Part shown: positions 35,467 through 44,957 of the stretch, one piece after another
Layout of the letters: each line of letters opens with the position of its first letter
How positions within the stretch are numbered: position 1 is the stretch's first letter
Assembly: GCA_016793645.1 (NCBI GenBank)
Contig: JAEUHD010000086.1
Span: 31,397-95,396, forward strand
Direction: 5' to 3'
DNA: 64,000 nt
Source of the DNA: Verrucomicrobiales bacterium
GTDB lineage: Bacteria > Verrucomicrobiota > Verrucomicrobiia > Limisphaerales > UBA9464
Made by a program: the position numbers and the translations under genes
The notes under the pieces: generated by a model
What the model saw: only the letters and a program-made list of their open reading frames with translations
What the model was told of the DNA's origin: nothing
The model's database searches: none

Positions 35467-35630
35467 GTCCGACGGCCGAAAGAAAAGCCGGTTCATTCGG
35501 TCGGCGCAAGCCCGGGGTTTGGGATCCCGCTGATCACCACCCACTCCGAAGGACGACCTGAAGGCCGGACGACGAACGGGAGGGTCGCTATTGTTCCGCT
35601 GAACCCTTCCGGGATAGCGTCGCACCCACG

Positions 35631-36995
35631 ATGAGTGCGCTGCTGCTGCGGGGAGGACGGGTCGTGGATCCGGCGTCCGGTCTGGACCAGGTTTCGGATG
35701 TCCTGATCCACGACGGGAAAATCGCCGAGATCCGCCCGGGAATCCTAACCCCGCCGGGAGGCGAAATCCTGGAGGCGGCCGGGCGGATTGTGTGTCCGGG
35801 ATTGATCGATCTTCACGTCCACTTCCGGGAGCCGGGACAAACCAAGAAGGAGGACATCCATACCGGGGCGCGCTGCGCCGCCCGTGGTGGATTCACGACG
35901 GTCGTCTGCATGCCCAACACGTCGCCGTCCATTGACAATGCAGGCACCGTTGCCCTGATCCAGGAACGCGCGAAGTCGGCGGTCGTCCGCGTCGAGGTTA
36001 GCGGGGCCCTGACCCGTTCCATCGCCGGCGAGGAATTGGCACCCATCGGGTCCCTCGCAAAGGCGGGGGTCGTCGCCCTCACCGATGACGGACACTGCAT
36101 CCAGAACAATGAACTGATGCGGCGGGCCTGCGAGTACGCACGCATGTTCCGACTCCCCGTGATGGACCATTGTCAGGATTACGGGTTGGTCACGGACGGG
36201 GTCATGCATGAGGGCCTCCATTCCACCGTGCTCGGGTTGCGGGGCTGGCCGGCTTCCGGGGAGGAGGTCATCGTCGCCCGCAACATCCTTCTCGCGGAAT
36301 TGACGGGAACCCCCATCCATTGCCAACATCTGAGTTCTGCAGGAAGCGTCCGCCTGCTCCGGGAAGCCCGTACCCGCGGGGTCCCCATCTCAGGAGAGGC
36401 TTGTCCCCACCATTTTACGCTCACGGATGCGGCCATAGCCGGCAGCGAGGTGTTTTGGAAGGGGGACGGATCCGGGATTGCCTCGGAGTTTTTCGGGGGC
36501 CATGCGCTACCGTCCTGGCCCGCCTATCACACCCATTTCAAAATGAACCCGCCGCTGCGGTCCGCCGCGGACCGCGAAGCGATCCTCCAGGGCCTGGTGG
36601 ATGGAACGCTGACGATTCTCGCCAGCGACCATGCCCCGCACACGCAGTCGGAAAAGGAGGTCGAATTCGACGACGCCCCCTTCGGCATCGTCGGACTGGA
36701 AACCGAACTGACCCTTTCCTTGATGGCCCTGCACCATACCGGACGCCTCGGACTTTCCGCCCTCCTGGCCAAGTACACTGTGAACCCTGCCCGACTGCTC
36801 AACCTTTCGGACGGCCGCGGTGAACTCAAGGTGGGGGGACCTGCAGACGTGACGGTCTTCGACCCGGACGTGGAATGGACCTGCGACCGTGCGGATACCG
36901 CGAGCCGCTCGCAGAACAATCCCTTCCACGGCTGGCGGCTCCGGGGCAAACCCACCGCCACCCTCGTCGGCGGCCAATTCGCCTGGCGCCCCTGA
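35631..36995 (+). CDS. pyrC: dihydroorotase (amidohydrolase superfamily)
   Basis: 454 aa. GLIDLHVHFREPG metal-binding motif, TTVVCMPNT, DDGHCI, and ASDHAPH near the C-terminus. Confidence 0.88.
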   Translation: MSALLLRGGRVVDPASGLDQVSDVLIHDGKIAEIRPGILTPPGGEILEAAGRIVCPGLIDLHVHFREPGQTKKEDIHTGARCAARGGFTTVVCMPNTSPSIDNAGTVALIQERAKSAVVRVEVSGALTRSIAGEELAPIGSLAKAGVVALTDDGHCIQNNELMRRACEYARMFRLPVMDHCQDYGLVTDGVMHEGLHSTVLGLRGWPASGEEVIVARNILLAELTGTPIHCQHLSSAGSVRLLREARTRGVPISGEACPHHFTLTDAAIAGSEVFWKGDGSGIASEFFGGHALPSWPAYHTHFKMNPPLRSAADREAILQGLVDGTLTILASDHAPHTQSEKEVEFDDAPFGIVGLETELTLSLMALHHTGRLGLSALLAKYTVNPARLLNLSDGRGELKVGGPADVTVFDPDVEWTCDRADTASRSQNNPFHGWRLRGKPTATLVGGQFAWRP

Positions 36996-37057
36996 TCCCC
37001 GCACCGTCCAGTCCCGCCACGGGGACCACGGACGAATGACCAATTCCCAATCCCTTT

Positions 37058-38410
37058 TCAATCATCCACCGACTGCTCGACCAGGAGCCGAAACTTCCAT
37101 CCGGTCTCGTCGTTGCCTCCCTGCGTCTGCTTCATCAGCACGCCGATCAAGCCCTCCTTGGGATCTGCAAAATACTGGGTATTGAAGTAACCGCCCCAGT
37201 CGAACGTCCCCGGGCTGCCCTCGCCCCCTTTGGCCTTCCCCTTTTCCGTGACGATTCCAAAGGCCAGTCCATACACCTTGTCGCCATTGCCCCACAGATC
37301 CACCGGAACCTGTCCGCTCAGGATCGTCTCCACGGTGGTCCGGCTGAGAATCCGCACGCCACCCAGTTCGCCGCCATTGAGGTACATTTGCAGGAACGTG
37401 GCATAATCCTTCGCCGTGCTGCAAAGCCCTGCGCCGCCGGAGAAAAAGGTCTTGGCGCCCTGGATCGGGTAGTTGGGATCGTAAAAAGTAACCGGGTACC
37501 GCACCCACTTCCCGTCGGCGGGCTTCTGAACCTGGACGAGACGGCCCGCCTTGGACTCCGGAAGGTAGAACCCCGTGTCCCTCATCCCCAGGGGACCGAA
37601 GATGTGAGTCTGCAGGAACACATCAAACGGCTGACCTGAGATCACCTCAATGAACCGGCCGAGGACGTCCAATCCCTCGCTGTAGGTGAACTTCTCCCCG
37701 GGGTGATGATGCAGCGGGAGGGCGGCGAGCTTCCGGACATTGTCGGCGAGAACCACCGGTTCCGTCGTAAACAGGTCCACAATCCCCGCCTTGGCGTAAA
37801 TCGCCTTAAAGCGGGGATCGCCATCGATCACGCCGTACCCCAGACCGGACGTATGCGTTAGGAGGTCCCGAATCGTAATCCCCCGCTTCGCAGGCTCTCC
37901 CGTCCAGGTGCCATCCACCTCATTGTACGTCTTCAACACCTGCGGACTCTTGAACTCAGGAAGGTACTTGGAAATGGGGTCATCCAGTTTGAAACGCCCC
38001 TGCTCCCAAAGCATCATGACCCCGGTCGCCGTGATGGCCTTGGACTGGGAGGCGATCCGGAAAATGTCGTCCCGGCGCAACGGACGTCCCGTATCGGCAT
38101 CCGCGGTGCCATAGGCATTGTGAAAGACGATCTTTCCCCGTCGAGCCGCGAGGGCCACCACTCCCGGGATTTGTCCCGACTGAACGGCGTCGCGACACAA
38201 TTGGTCGATGCGCGCCAACCGGTCCCGGGAGATGCCCACCTGTTGCGGGGCCCCCTCGGAAAGCGGCGGGGAATGTTTCGATGACTGCGTCTGGGCCGCC
38301 CCTGGAAGTGGGCCCAGGACAATGCAGGCAGCCGCGGCCACTCCGATCCATCGGTTCAGGGATTTCACGGAGGTAAGGCTACCGGTCCGCACCTCGGGAT
38401 TGGAATCCAT
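37058..38410 (-). CDS. exported serine hydrolase of the beta-lactamase/PBP (class C-like) family
   Basis: 450 aa from MDSNPEV with a signal/TM segment. SxxK motif IASQSKAIT and a YSEG (YxN-like) region. The remaining 260 N-terminal codons of the 710-aa track ORF are antisense to nuoB and were rejected. Confidence 0.8.
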   Translation of the reverse strand: MDSNPEVRTGSLTSVKSLNRWIGVAAAACIVLGPLPGAAQTQSSKHSPPLSEGAPQQVGISRDRLARIDQLCRDAVQSGQIPGVVALAARRGKIVFHNAYGTADADTGRPLRRDDIFRIASQSKAITATGVMMLWEQGRFKLDDPISKYLPEFKSPQVLKTYNEVDGTWTGEPAKRGITIRDLLTHTSGLGYGVIDGDPRFKAIYAKAGIVDLFTTEPVVLADNVRKLAALPLHHHPGEKFTYSEGLDVLGRFIEVISGQPFDVFLQTHIFGPLGMRDTGFYLPESKAGRLVQVQKPADGKWVRYPVTFYDPNYPIQGAKTFFSGGAGLCSTAKDYATFLQMYLNGGELGGVRILSRTTVETILSGQVPVDLWGNGDKVYGLAFGIVTEKGKAKGGEGSPGTFDWGGYFNTQYFADPKEGLIGVLMKQTQGGNDETGWKFRLLVEQSVDD

Positions 38411-38490
38411 AAAATCCAAGGGGAAACAACCCTGCCATATGGGATACGGAGCCCCGGATTGCCAGCCAGCCGACCCCATTCCACCCGACT

Positions 38491-38508
38491 TTGTGAAAAG
38501 AATCACAA
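38491..38508. promoter_or_regulatory. TTGTGAA-N4-ATCACAA palindrome: Rex-type (or CRP/FNR-family) operator upstream of nuoB
   Basis: The sequence TTGTGAAAAGAATCACAA has perfect TGTGA-N6-TCACA arms and matches 17 of 18 positions of the Rex consensus TTGTGAAnnnnTTCACAA. It lies 77 nt upstream of the nuoB ATG at 38585. Confidence 0.55.
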
Positions 38509-38584
38509 AAGCCGCTTGCGATGAAAACGGGGCGAACCCAAAGTGCCGCGACCGCTCCGATTCACGGGGCGTCGAGCGCATCCC

Positions 38585-39196
38585 ATGGCCTCCACGACAG
38601 CATCGCCCAGCCCCTCCGTTTCGACGGAAATTGGTTACAATTCCAAGATTGAGGGCGAGGTCGTCCACACCCAGTTGGACTCGGCGATCAACTGGTTTCG
38701 AAAGAACTCCCTCTGGCCCATGCCGATGGGATTGGCCTGCTGCGCCATCGAGCTGATGGCTGCCGGGGCCAGCCGGTTCGACATCTCCCGATTTGGCGCC
38801 GAGGTCATGCGATTTTCCCCCCGTCAATCCGACGTGATGATTGTTGCGGGAACGGTCACCTACAAGATGGCCCTCGCGGTACGCCGGATTTACGAGCAGA
38901 TGGCAGAGCCCAAGTGGGTCATCGCCATGGGAGCCTGCGCTTCGACGGGAGGCATGTACCGCAGCTACGCCGTCCTGCAGGGCGTGGACAACATTGTGCC
39001 GGTGGACGTGTACATCGCCGGCTGCCCGCCGCGGCCCGAGGCACTGCTCGACGCGCTGATGAAGCTGCAGGACAAGGTCAGCCGCGACCCGATCACCAAG
39101 ACCTTGAAGAAGGACGTGGCGCCGTCCGAATACGGACGCCTCGGGCTCCGGATCGGCAATCCCGCCGCCCCGGCCCCCGTGACGTCGCACTCCTGA
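38585..39196 (+). CDS. nuoB: NADH-quinone oxidoreductase subunit B
   Basis: Cluster-N2 cysteines in [18 protein letters not shown] and GCPPRPE. An alternative start exists at 38543. Confidence 0.93.
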   Translation: MASTTASPSPSVSTEIGYNSKIEGEVVHTQLDSAINWFRKNSLWPMPMGLACCAIELMAAGASRFDISRFGAEVMRFSPRQSDVMIVAGTVTYKMALAVRRIYEQMAEPKWVIAMGACASTGGMYRSYAVLQGVDNIVPVDVYIAGCPPRPEALLDALMKLQDKVSRDPITKTLKKDVAPSEYGRLGLRIGNPAAPAPVTSHS

Positions 39197-39224
39197 ACCC
39201 GTTTACGGCAACCACCTTCCCCCT

Positions 39225-39806
39225 GTGGCCTCCCCCCAAGAACTTGCCGGCCGGATTTGCTCCCAGTTTGGCGACCTGGTGTCGTCACCCTCCGAATTTC
39301 GGGGGGAATTCGCACTGACGGTATCCGATGCCGGGCGAATCGTGGAGGTGTGCCGCTACGCCAAAGACGCCTGCGGATTCGACCTCCTGCTGGACCTGAG
39401 CACCGTGGACAACTACGGCGGGGATCCACGCTGGACCGTCGTGTACGAGCTGTATTCGGTGGGCTCGGGATGCCACCTCCGCCTGAAAACCCACGTCGGT
39501 GAGGAGCAGTCCGAGGTTCCAAGCGTTTCGACCGTCTGGCCCGCCGCCAACTGGCATGAACGCGAGGCCTACGACATGATGGGAGTTCGGTTTTCCGGGC
39601 ACCCCGACCTCCGTCGAATCCTGATGTGGGAGGGCTATCCCTATTTCCCGCTCCGAAAGGATTTCCCGCTTGCCGGCAAACCCACAGACCTTCCCGAGGT
39701 CGCGTTCACCCGGCCGGCACCGCTGGAAGGCGGCCCGTTCGTCACCGCACCCGGCGGGCGCGACTCCACCCAGCGCGAACCGCGCGCCCGCACTCCGCAA
39801 CCCTAG
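39225..39806 (+). CDS. nuoC: NADH-quinone oxidoreductase subunit C
   Basis: ANWHEREAYDMMGVRFSGHPDLRRILM signature; 193 aa. Confidence 0.92.
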   Translation: MASPQELAGRICSQFGDLVSSPSEFRGEFALTVSDAGRIVEVCRYAKDACGFDLLLDLSTVDNYGGDPRWTVVYELYSVGSGCHLRLKTHVGEEQSEVPSVSTVWPAANWHEREAYDMMGVRFSGHPDLRRILMWEGYPYFPLRKDFPLAGKPTDLPEVAFTRPAPLEGGPFVTAPGGRDSTQREPRARTPQP

Positions 39807-39812
39807 GATTCG

Positions 39813-41084
39813 ATGGCTGTCCAGGAATTGAACATCAAGGAACCCGCGGCACGTATCGCCACGGCTTCCGCCGACGAACTTCAGGACCTCCAGGGGGACC
39901 GGATGGTCGTCAACATGGGGCCGTCGCATCCCGCCACCCACGGCGTGCTGCGACTGGTGATTGAACTCGACGGCGAGACCATTACCAAGGCAGATCCGGA
40001 CATCGGCTACCTCCACCGGGGTGACGAGAAAATTGCGGAGGCGATGACCTGGAATCAGTTCATCCCGTATACCGACCGCCTGGACTACCTGGCACCGTTG
40101 GCGAACAACGTGGCCTACGCGCTGGCGGTGGAAAAGTTGCTGGGGATCGACGCCGGCATCCCGCCCCGCTGCCAGTACATTCGGGTCATCTGTTGCGAAC
40201 TGGCCCGCATCTCGGCGCACCTGCTGGGACTGGGCGCATTCGCCATGGACGTCGGCGCGATGACGGTGTTCCTGCACACCTTCACGGAACGGGAGAAGAT
40301 CTATAATCTGGCCGAGTCACTGACCGGAGCGCGCTTCACCACATCCTACACCCGCATCGGCGGGGTAACCCGCGACACGCCCGCCGGATGGATCGCGGCC
40401 GTCCGCGACTTTTGCGACGGCGTCTCGGCCCAAATTGACGAGTCGGAGAAGCTGCTCACCCGCAACCGGGTCTGGGTGGATCGCACCCGCGACATCGGGG
40501 TTATTTCCCGTGCGGACGCCATCGCCTACGGCCTGACGGGCCCCAATCTGCGCGGCAGCGGATGCGACTACGACGTCCGCAAGGCGCACCCGTATCTCTG
40601 CTACAAGGATCTGGAATTTGACGTCGCCGTGGGATCGGTCGGTGATTGCTACGACCGGTATCTCGTCCGCATGGAGGAGATGCGCCAGAGCGTTCGAATC
40701 CTCCGCCAATGCGTGGACCGCATTCCGGGCGGGGCTGACAACCCCTCGCGGGAGCCTGTCCATGTCGCGGACGGCAAGGTCTTTCTCCCCCCGAAGTCCG
40801 CCGTGTTGACCAAGATGGAGGAACTCATTCACCAGTTCATGCTGGTGACCGAGGGCCCCAATGCGCCGGCCGGAGAGGTTTACTTCGGTGCCGAAAACCC
40901 GAAGGGCGAGCTCGGCTTTTACATCAACAGCCGCGGCGGGGGCACGCCCTACCGGCTGAAGATCCGGTCCCCATCGTTTTGCAACCTGAGCATCCTGCCC
41001 GTCCTGCTGCCGGGCTGCCTCATGAGCGACGTGGTTTCGGTCCTTGGCTCCCTCGACTTCGTGATGGGCGAATGTGACCGGTGA
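39813..41084 (+). CDS. nuoD: NADH-quinone oxidoreductase subunit D
   Basis: MVVNMGPSHPATHGVLRL, YTDRLDYL and a C-terminal GECDR; 423 aa. Confidence 0.95.
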   Translation: MAVQELNIKEPAARIATASADELQDLQGDRMVVNMGPSHPATHGVLRLVIELDGETITKADPDIGYLHRGDEKIAEAMTWNQFIPYTDRLDYLAPLANNVAYALAVEKLLGIDAGIPPRCQYIRVICCELARISAHLLGLGAFAMDVGAMTVFLHTFTEREKIYNLAESLTGARFTTSYTRIGGVTRDTPAGWIAAVRDFCDGVSAQIDESEKLLTRNRVWVDRTRDIGVISRADAIAYGLTGPNLRGSGCDYDVRKAHPYLCYKDLEFDVAVGSVGDCYDRYLVRMEEMRQSVRILRQCVDRIPGGADNPSREPVHVADGKVFLPPKSAVLTKMEELIHQFMLVTEGPNAPAGEVYFGAENPKGELGFYINSRGGGTPYRLKIRSPSFCNLSILPVLLPGCLMSDVVSVLGSLDFVMGECDR

Positions 41085-41094
41085 GAATTTTCGC

Positions 41095-41589
41095 ATGAGC
41101 TTTTCCGTTCCATCCAAACTGGAGGCCGAGCTGGACGAACTGGCGACGCACTACCCGCAGAAGCGGAGCGCCTCGCTGATGTTCCTGCACGCCCTCCAGG
41201 AGCACTTCGGATTCATTTCCCGGGACGCGGTGGAGTGGACCGCCACCAAGCTCGGTCTGCAGCCGATCAACGTGTACGAACTTGTGACGTTCTACCCGAT
41301 GTTCCGGCAGGAGAAACTTGGCCGGACGCAGGTCAGGGTGTGCCGGACGTTGAGTTGCGCGCTCGCGGGGGCCTACGAGTTGCGGGACCATTTCTGCAAG
41401 AACCTGGGCCTCGACACCGCGAAGCATGGTCCCCAGACCACGCCGGACGGGAAGTTCACCGTGGAATTCGTCGAATGCCTCGCGAGCTGCGGAAGCGCGC
41501 CGGTGGTGATGGTCAACGATGATCTGCTGGAGAAGGTCACCGCCGCGGACGCGGAGAAGGTCCTGACCCGGGGGAGGGTAACGGAGTGA
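41095..41589 (+). CDS. nuoE: NADH-quinone oxidoreductase subunit E
   Basis: The 2Fe-2S ligands are in VCRTLSCALAG and ECLASCGSAPV. An alternative start at 41074 overlaps nuoD. Confidence 0.9.
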   Translation: MSFSVPSKLEAELDELATHYPQKRSASLMFLHALQEHFGFISRDAVEWTATKLGLQPINVYELVTFYPMFRQEKLGRTQVRVCRTLSCALAGAYELRDHFCKNLGLDTAKHGPQTTPDGKFTVEFVECLASCGSAPVVMVNDDLLEKVTAADAEKVLTRGRVTE

Positions 41590-41684
41590 GCGCCAATAAC
41601 TCCACCGAACACCGGATCCATCGGGGTTTCCCTGCTGGAGTCGTTTCCGGAAATTCGTTCCCCGCGAATGGGGACCGGAAGGAT

Positions 41685-41758
41685 TGGCTGCCCGACATGG
41701 ATTTGAACCATGACAAGCAGATTCAGAGACTGCTGTGCTACCGTTACACCATCGGGCA
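41685..41758 (-). tRNA. tRNA-Gln (anticodon CUG), CCA encoded, antisense to the nuo cluster
   Basis: The minus strand reads TGCCCGATGGTGTAACGGTAGCACAGCAGTCTCTGAATCTGCTTGTCATGGTTCAAATCCATGTCGGGCAGCCA. Perfect 7-bp acceptor stem with U1-A72 and G73 (bacterial Gln identity features). D stem GTGT/GCAC, anticodon loop CTCTGAA, T arm CATGG/TTCAAAT/CCATG. There is one U31-U39 mismatch. Confidence 0.9.
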
Positions 41759-41810
41759 GGCCGGAAGCGCGGCAAAGCTAGTCAGGTGAACCGTCGAGTC
41801 AAGCACTGCC

Positions 41811-43214
41811 ATGCCTGAAGAGTTTAAACTCATCACAAAAAACCTCGATCAACCCGGTTTCACACCGGACATCGGGTGCTACCAGCGCCACGGCGGATAC
41901 GAGGCGCTGCGCAAGGCGTTGTCCACCGCCGCGCGTGATCTCCCGGACGGAAAGAAGCAGTCGCCGCAGGAGGTCATCCGCGATGAGGTGCTGAAATCCG
42001 GTCTCCGGGGGCGGGGCGGCGCCGGATTTTCCGCCGGACTCAAGTGGAGTTTCGTGGACCGCCGCAGCGGCAAACCGATTTACCTGATCTGCAACGCCGA
42101 CGAATCGGAACCGGGCACGTTCAAGGACCGTCAGATTCTCCATCGCGATCCGCACCAACTGATCGAGGGGATGATCATCTCCTGCTGGGCCAATGACGTT
42201 AAGCTCGCCTACATCTACATCCGCGGCGAGATGCCCATCGCCGCCCGGCGCCTGAACCAGGCCCTCGCCGAGGCACGCGCGGCGGGATTTCTCGGGAAGA
42301 ACATTCTCGGCACCGGCTACGACCTGGAAATCCACGTCCACCGGGGCGCCGGCGCCTACATCTGCGGCGAGGAAACGGGCCTGATCGAATCGCTCGAGGG
42401 AAAGCGTCCGTATCCTCGCATCAAGCCCCCGTACTTCCCCGCGGTGCTCGGGCTCTACCTCTGCCCGACGATCGTCAACAACGTCGAGACGCTGTGTCAC
42501 GTCCGCCACATCGTGACCCTGGGCGGCGCGGAGTACGCCAAGCTGGGCACGCCCAACAACACCGGCACCCGCATCGTGAGCCTGAGCGGCGATGTTCAAC
42601 GGCCCGGCTACTACGAGATCGAAGTGGGCAAGGTGACGCTGGGTGAGCTGATCCAGCATCCCAACTTCGGCGGCGGATTGCGCCCCGGACGCCAACTCAA
42701 GGCGATCATCCCCGGCGGTTCCTCATCCAAGGTCCTGAAGGCCGGCGAGAAATTCCAACTCAAGCGCAAGGGTCCCGATGGGCAGATGACCTCGGTGGAA
42801 ACCGCCCTGCTCGACCTTCCCTACGACTTCGATTCGCTTCAGCAGGCCGGGACGATGTCCGGTTCCAGCGCGATCATCGTCCTCGACGATTCCCGCAGCA
42901 TGGTGGCCACCCTGGGCAACCTGTCCGAGTTTTACGCCCATGAGAGCTGCGGCCAATGCACCCCGTGCCGCGAAGGGGCGCTGTGGATGGAAAAGGCCCT
43001 GCACCGCCTCAACCATGGCGAGGGACGCAAGTCGGACGCCGACTACCTGCTCCATATCGCCCAAAACATCCAGGGCCGCACGATCTGCGCCTTCGGCGAA
43101 GCCGCCTCGTGGCCGGTGCTCAGTTTCGTGAAGAAGTTCCGGGACGAATTCGAATCCAAGGGTGCGGCGGACGAATCCGCGCGCGCCGCGAACCCCGCCC
43201 GACCCCAACACTGA
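41811..43214 (+). CDS. nuoF: NADH-quinone oxidoreductase subunit F
   Basis: GRGGAGFSAGLKWSF FMN/NADH site and ESCGQCTPCREG 4Fe-4S motif; 467 aa. Confidence 0.95.
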   Translation: MPEEFKLITKNLDQPGFTPDIGCYQRHGGYEALRKALSTAARDLPDGKKQSPQEVIRDEVLKSGLRGRGGAGFSAGLKWSFVDRRSGKPIYLICNADESEPGTFKDRQILHRDPHQLIEGMIISCWANDVKLAYIYIRGEMPIAARRLNQALAEARAAGFLGKNILGTGYDLEIHVHRGAGAYICGEETGLIESLEGKRPYPRIKPPYFPAVLGLYLCPTIVNNVETLCHVRHIVTLGGAEYAKLGTPNNTGTRIVSLSGDVQRPGYYEIEVGKVTLGELIQHPNFGGGLRPGRQLKAIIPGGSSSKVLKAGEKFQLKRKGPDGQMTSVETALLDLPYDFDSLQQAGTMSGSSAIIVLDDSRSMVATLGNLSEFYAHESCGQCTPCREGALWMEKALHRLNHGEGRKSDADYLLHIAQNIQGRTICAFGEAASWPVLSFVKKFRDEFESKGAADESARAANPARPQH

Positions 43215-43220
43215 TTTTCC

Positions 43221-44948
43221 ATGTCGAACGTCGCGACAACCGCCCCGGCACCCGCCGCGCCGCCCCCGGTGGAGAAGCTCAAGATCAAGGTGGACGGACG
43301 GGAGATCGAGGTCCCGAAGTTGATGCCCGACTGGCAGGGACGTCTCCAGCCGACCACCATGCTCCAGGCCTGCCAGATCGCCGGAGCCGAGGTGCCGCAC
43401 TACTGCTACCACCCGAAACTTCCCGTCGCCGGCAACTGCCGCATGTGCCTGGTTGAGTTTGGCACCCCGATGATGGGACCCGACCGCAAGCCGGTGCTCA
43501 ATCCGGATGGCACTCCCAAGATTGCCAAGTCGGTCCTTCCCTACGAGCCCGGCACCCCGCGAGGGGCGATCGCCTGCGCCACGCCCATCTCCCCCGGAAT
43601 GGAGATTTATCCCGGATCCGCTGCCACCCAGCAAATGCGCGAGGCGGTGCTGGAGTCGCTCCTGATCAATCACCCTCTGGACTGCCCCATTTGTGACCAG
43701 GCCGGGGAATGCAAACTGCAGGAATATTCGGTCGAACACGGTCAGGCCAACAGCCGCTTCGTGGAGACCAAGGTCCACAAGCCGAAGGCGGTGGATCTCG
43801 GTCCGAGGATCGTCCTCGACGATGAACGCTGCATCCTGTGCACGCGGTGCATCCGCTTCTCCCGCGATATTGCCGGGGATGATGCCCTCGGCATCGTGAA
43901 CCGGGGCTCCTACAACACCATCGCTGCATGGAAGGAGGGCGCCTTCGACAACAACTACACCCTCAACACCGTCGACCTCTGTCCGGTCGGCGCGCTGACG
44001 TCGCGGGATTTCCGCTTCAAAATGCGGGTGTGGTTCCTGAAGGAGACCCGCAGCGTCTGCACCTCCTGTTCAACCGGATGCAACATCACCATCGGATCCC
44101 GGGAGGACGTGATCCATCGCTACGAACCCCGCGACAATGATGCAGTCAACGCGGCGTGGATGTGCGATGCCGGACGCCTGAACTACAAGTGGGTGGGACG
44201 CCCCGACCGGCTCAAGGAGGTCCGCCGCCGCAATGCCGACGGAACTTCGGACCGGATTCCCTGGGAGACCGCAATCCGGGAAATCACCGCCCGACTTTCG
44301 AACGCCGTCTCCGGCAGCGTTGCCGTCGTGGCCAGCGCCCGACAGACGACCGAAGAACTCCATTTGCTGAAGAAGCTGGCCAACCGCTTCGGGGCGATCA
44401 CGGACTCCGTTCCCCGTACGGGGGAGGCGGACCGCCTCCTCGTCAGCGCGGATCGAAATCCGAACAGCAACGGTGCGCGCCTCACCGGCATCGCCTACAC
44501 CGAGATGGGGATCCGTCTTCCGGAAATTGCCGAAGGCATCCGGTCGGGATCCATCCGCACGCTGGTGGTCTTCGGCGAAGACGTCACCCAACACGGGATC
44601 GGAGCGGATCTGCTCGCCCGGCTCGAAACCCTCGTCGTGAGCGACATCCTTCCGAATCCCACCACGGCGGCGGCACACTACCTCCTGCCGGGATGCGCCC
44701 ATGCCGAGAAGCGCGGGACCTACATCAATGGAAAAGGACGCCTTCAGCGCTTCCTGAAGGCCGTCGAACCGCACGGCGACGCGCGCCCCGAATGGGAGTT
44801 TCTCCGGGAACTCGTCACCGCGGTCACCGCCCAGGCCGTCCCGGCAACCCTCGAGGGACTTTTCAATGAAATGTCGGATGGTATCCCTGCCTTCGGGGGC
44901 GTCCGATGGGCCGGGATCGGTGATCTCGGGGTCAACGTGACGATCTGA
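43221..44948 (+). CDS. nuoG: NADH-quinone oxidoreductase subunit G (short form)
   Basis: CYHPKLPVAGNCRMCLVE 2Fe-2S motif, HPLDCPICDQAGECKLQ and CILCTRCIRF clusters. The 575-aa length and the Thermus-type insertion after CRMCLVE are noted. Confidence 0.92.
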   Translation: MSNVATTAPAPAAPPPVEKLKIKVDGREIEVPKLMPDWQGRLQPTTMLQACQIAGAEVPHYCYHPKLPVAGNCRMCLVEFGTPMMGPDRKPVLNPDGTPKIAKSVLPYEPGTPRGAIACATPISPGMEIYPGSAATQQMREAVLESLLINHPLDCPICDQAGECKLQEYSVEHGQANSRFVETKVHKPKAVDLGPRIVLDDERCILCTRCIRFSRDIAGDDALGIVNRGSYNTIAAWKEGAFDNNYTLNTVDLCPVGALTSRDFRFKMRVWFLKETRSVCTSCSTGCNITIGSREDVIHRYEPRDNDAVNAAWMCDAGRLNYKWVGRPDRLKEVRRRNADGTSDRIPWETAIREITARLSNAVSGSVAVVASARQTTEELHLLKKLANRFGAITDSVPRTGEADRLLVSADRNPNSNGARLTGIAYTEMGIRLPEIAEGIRSGSIRTLVVFGEDVTQHGIGADLLARLETLVVSDILPNPTTAAAHYLLPGCAHAEKRGTYINGKGRLQRFLKAVEPHGDARPEWEFLRELVTAVTAQAVPATLEGLFNEMSDGIPAFGGVRWAGIGDLGVNVTI

Positions 44949-44957
44949 GGACGAACC

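Noticed and set aside
35228-35509. 93-aa minus-strand ORF overlapping tRNA-Gly
   Set aside because: It is a translation of the tRNA gene and flanks, with no independent coding evidence.
38411-39190. N-terminal ~260 codons of the 710-aa minus ORF 37058-39190
   Set aside because: Antisense to nuoB and the nuo promoter region. The serine-hydrolase protein begins with its signal peptide at the ATG at 38410.
41586-41789. 67-aa plus-strand ORF in the nuoE-nuoF gap (and the minus ORF 41020-41775)
   Set aside because: Both merely translate across the tRNA-Gln sequence. The region folds into a canonical cloverleaf on the minus strand.
43221-44948. Insertion after the CRMCLVE motif and short length of NuoG as a novelty
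   Set aside because: The ~35-aa insertion (GTPMMGPDRKPVLNPDGTPKIA...) resembles the one I recall in Thermus Nqo3, so it is a known variant. The length difference alone is not informative without alignment.
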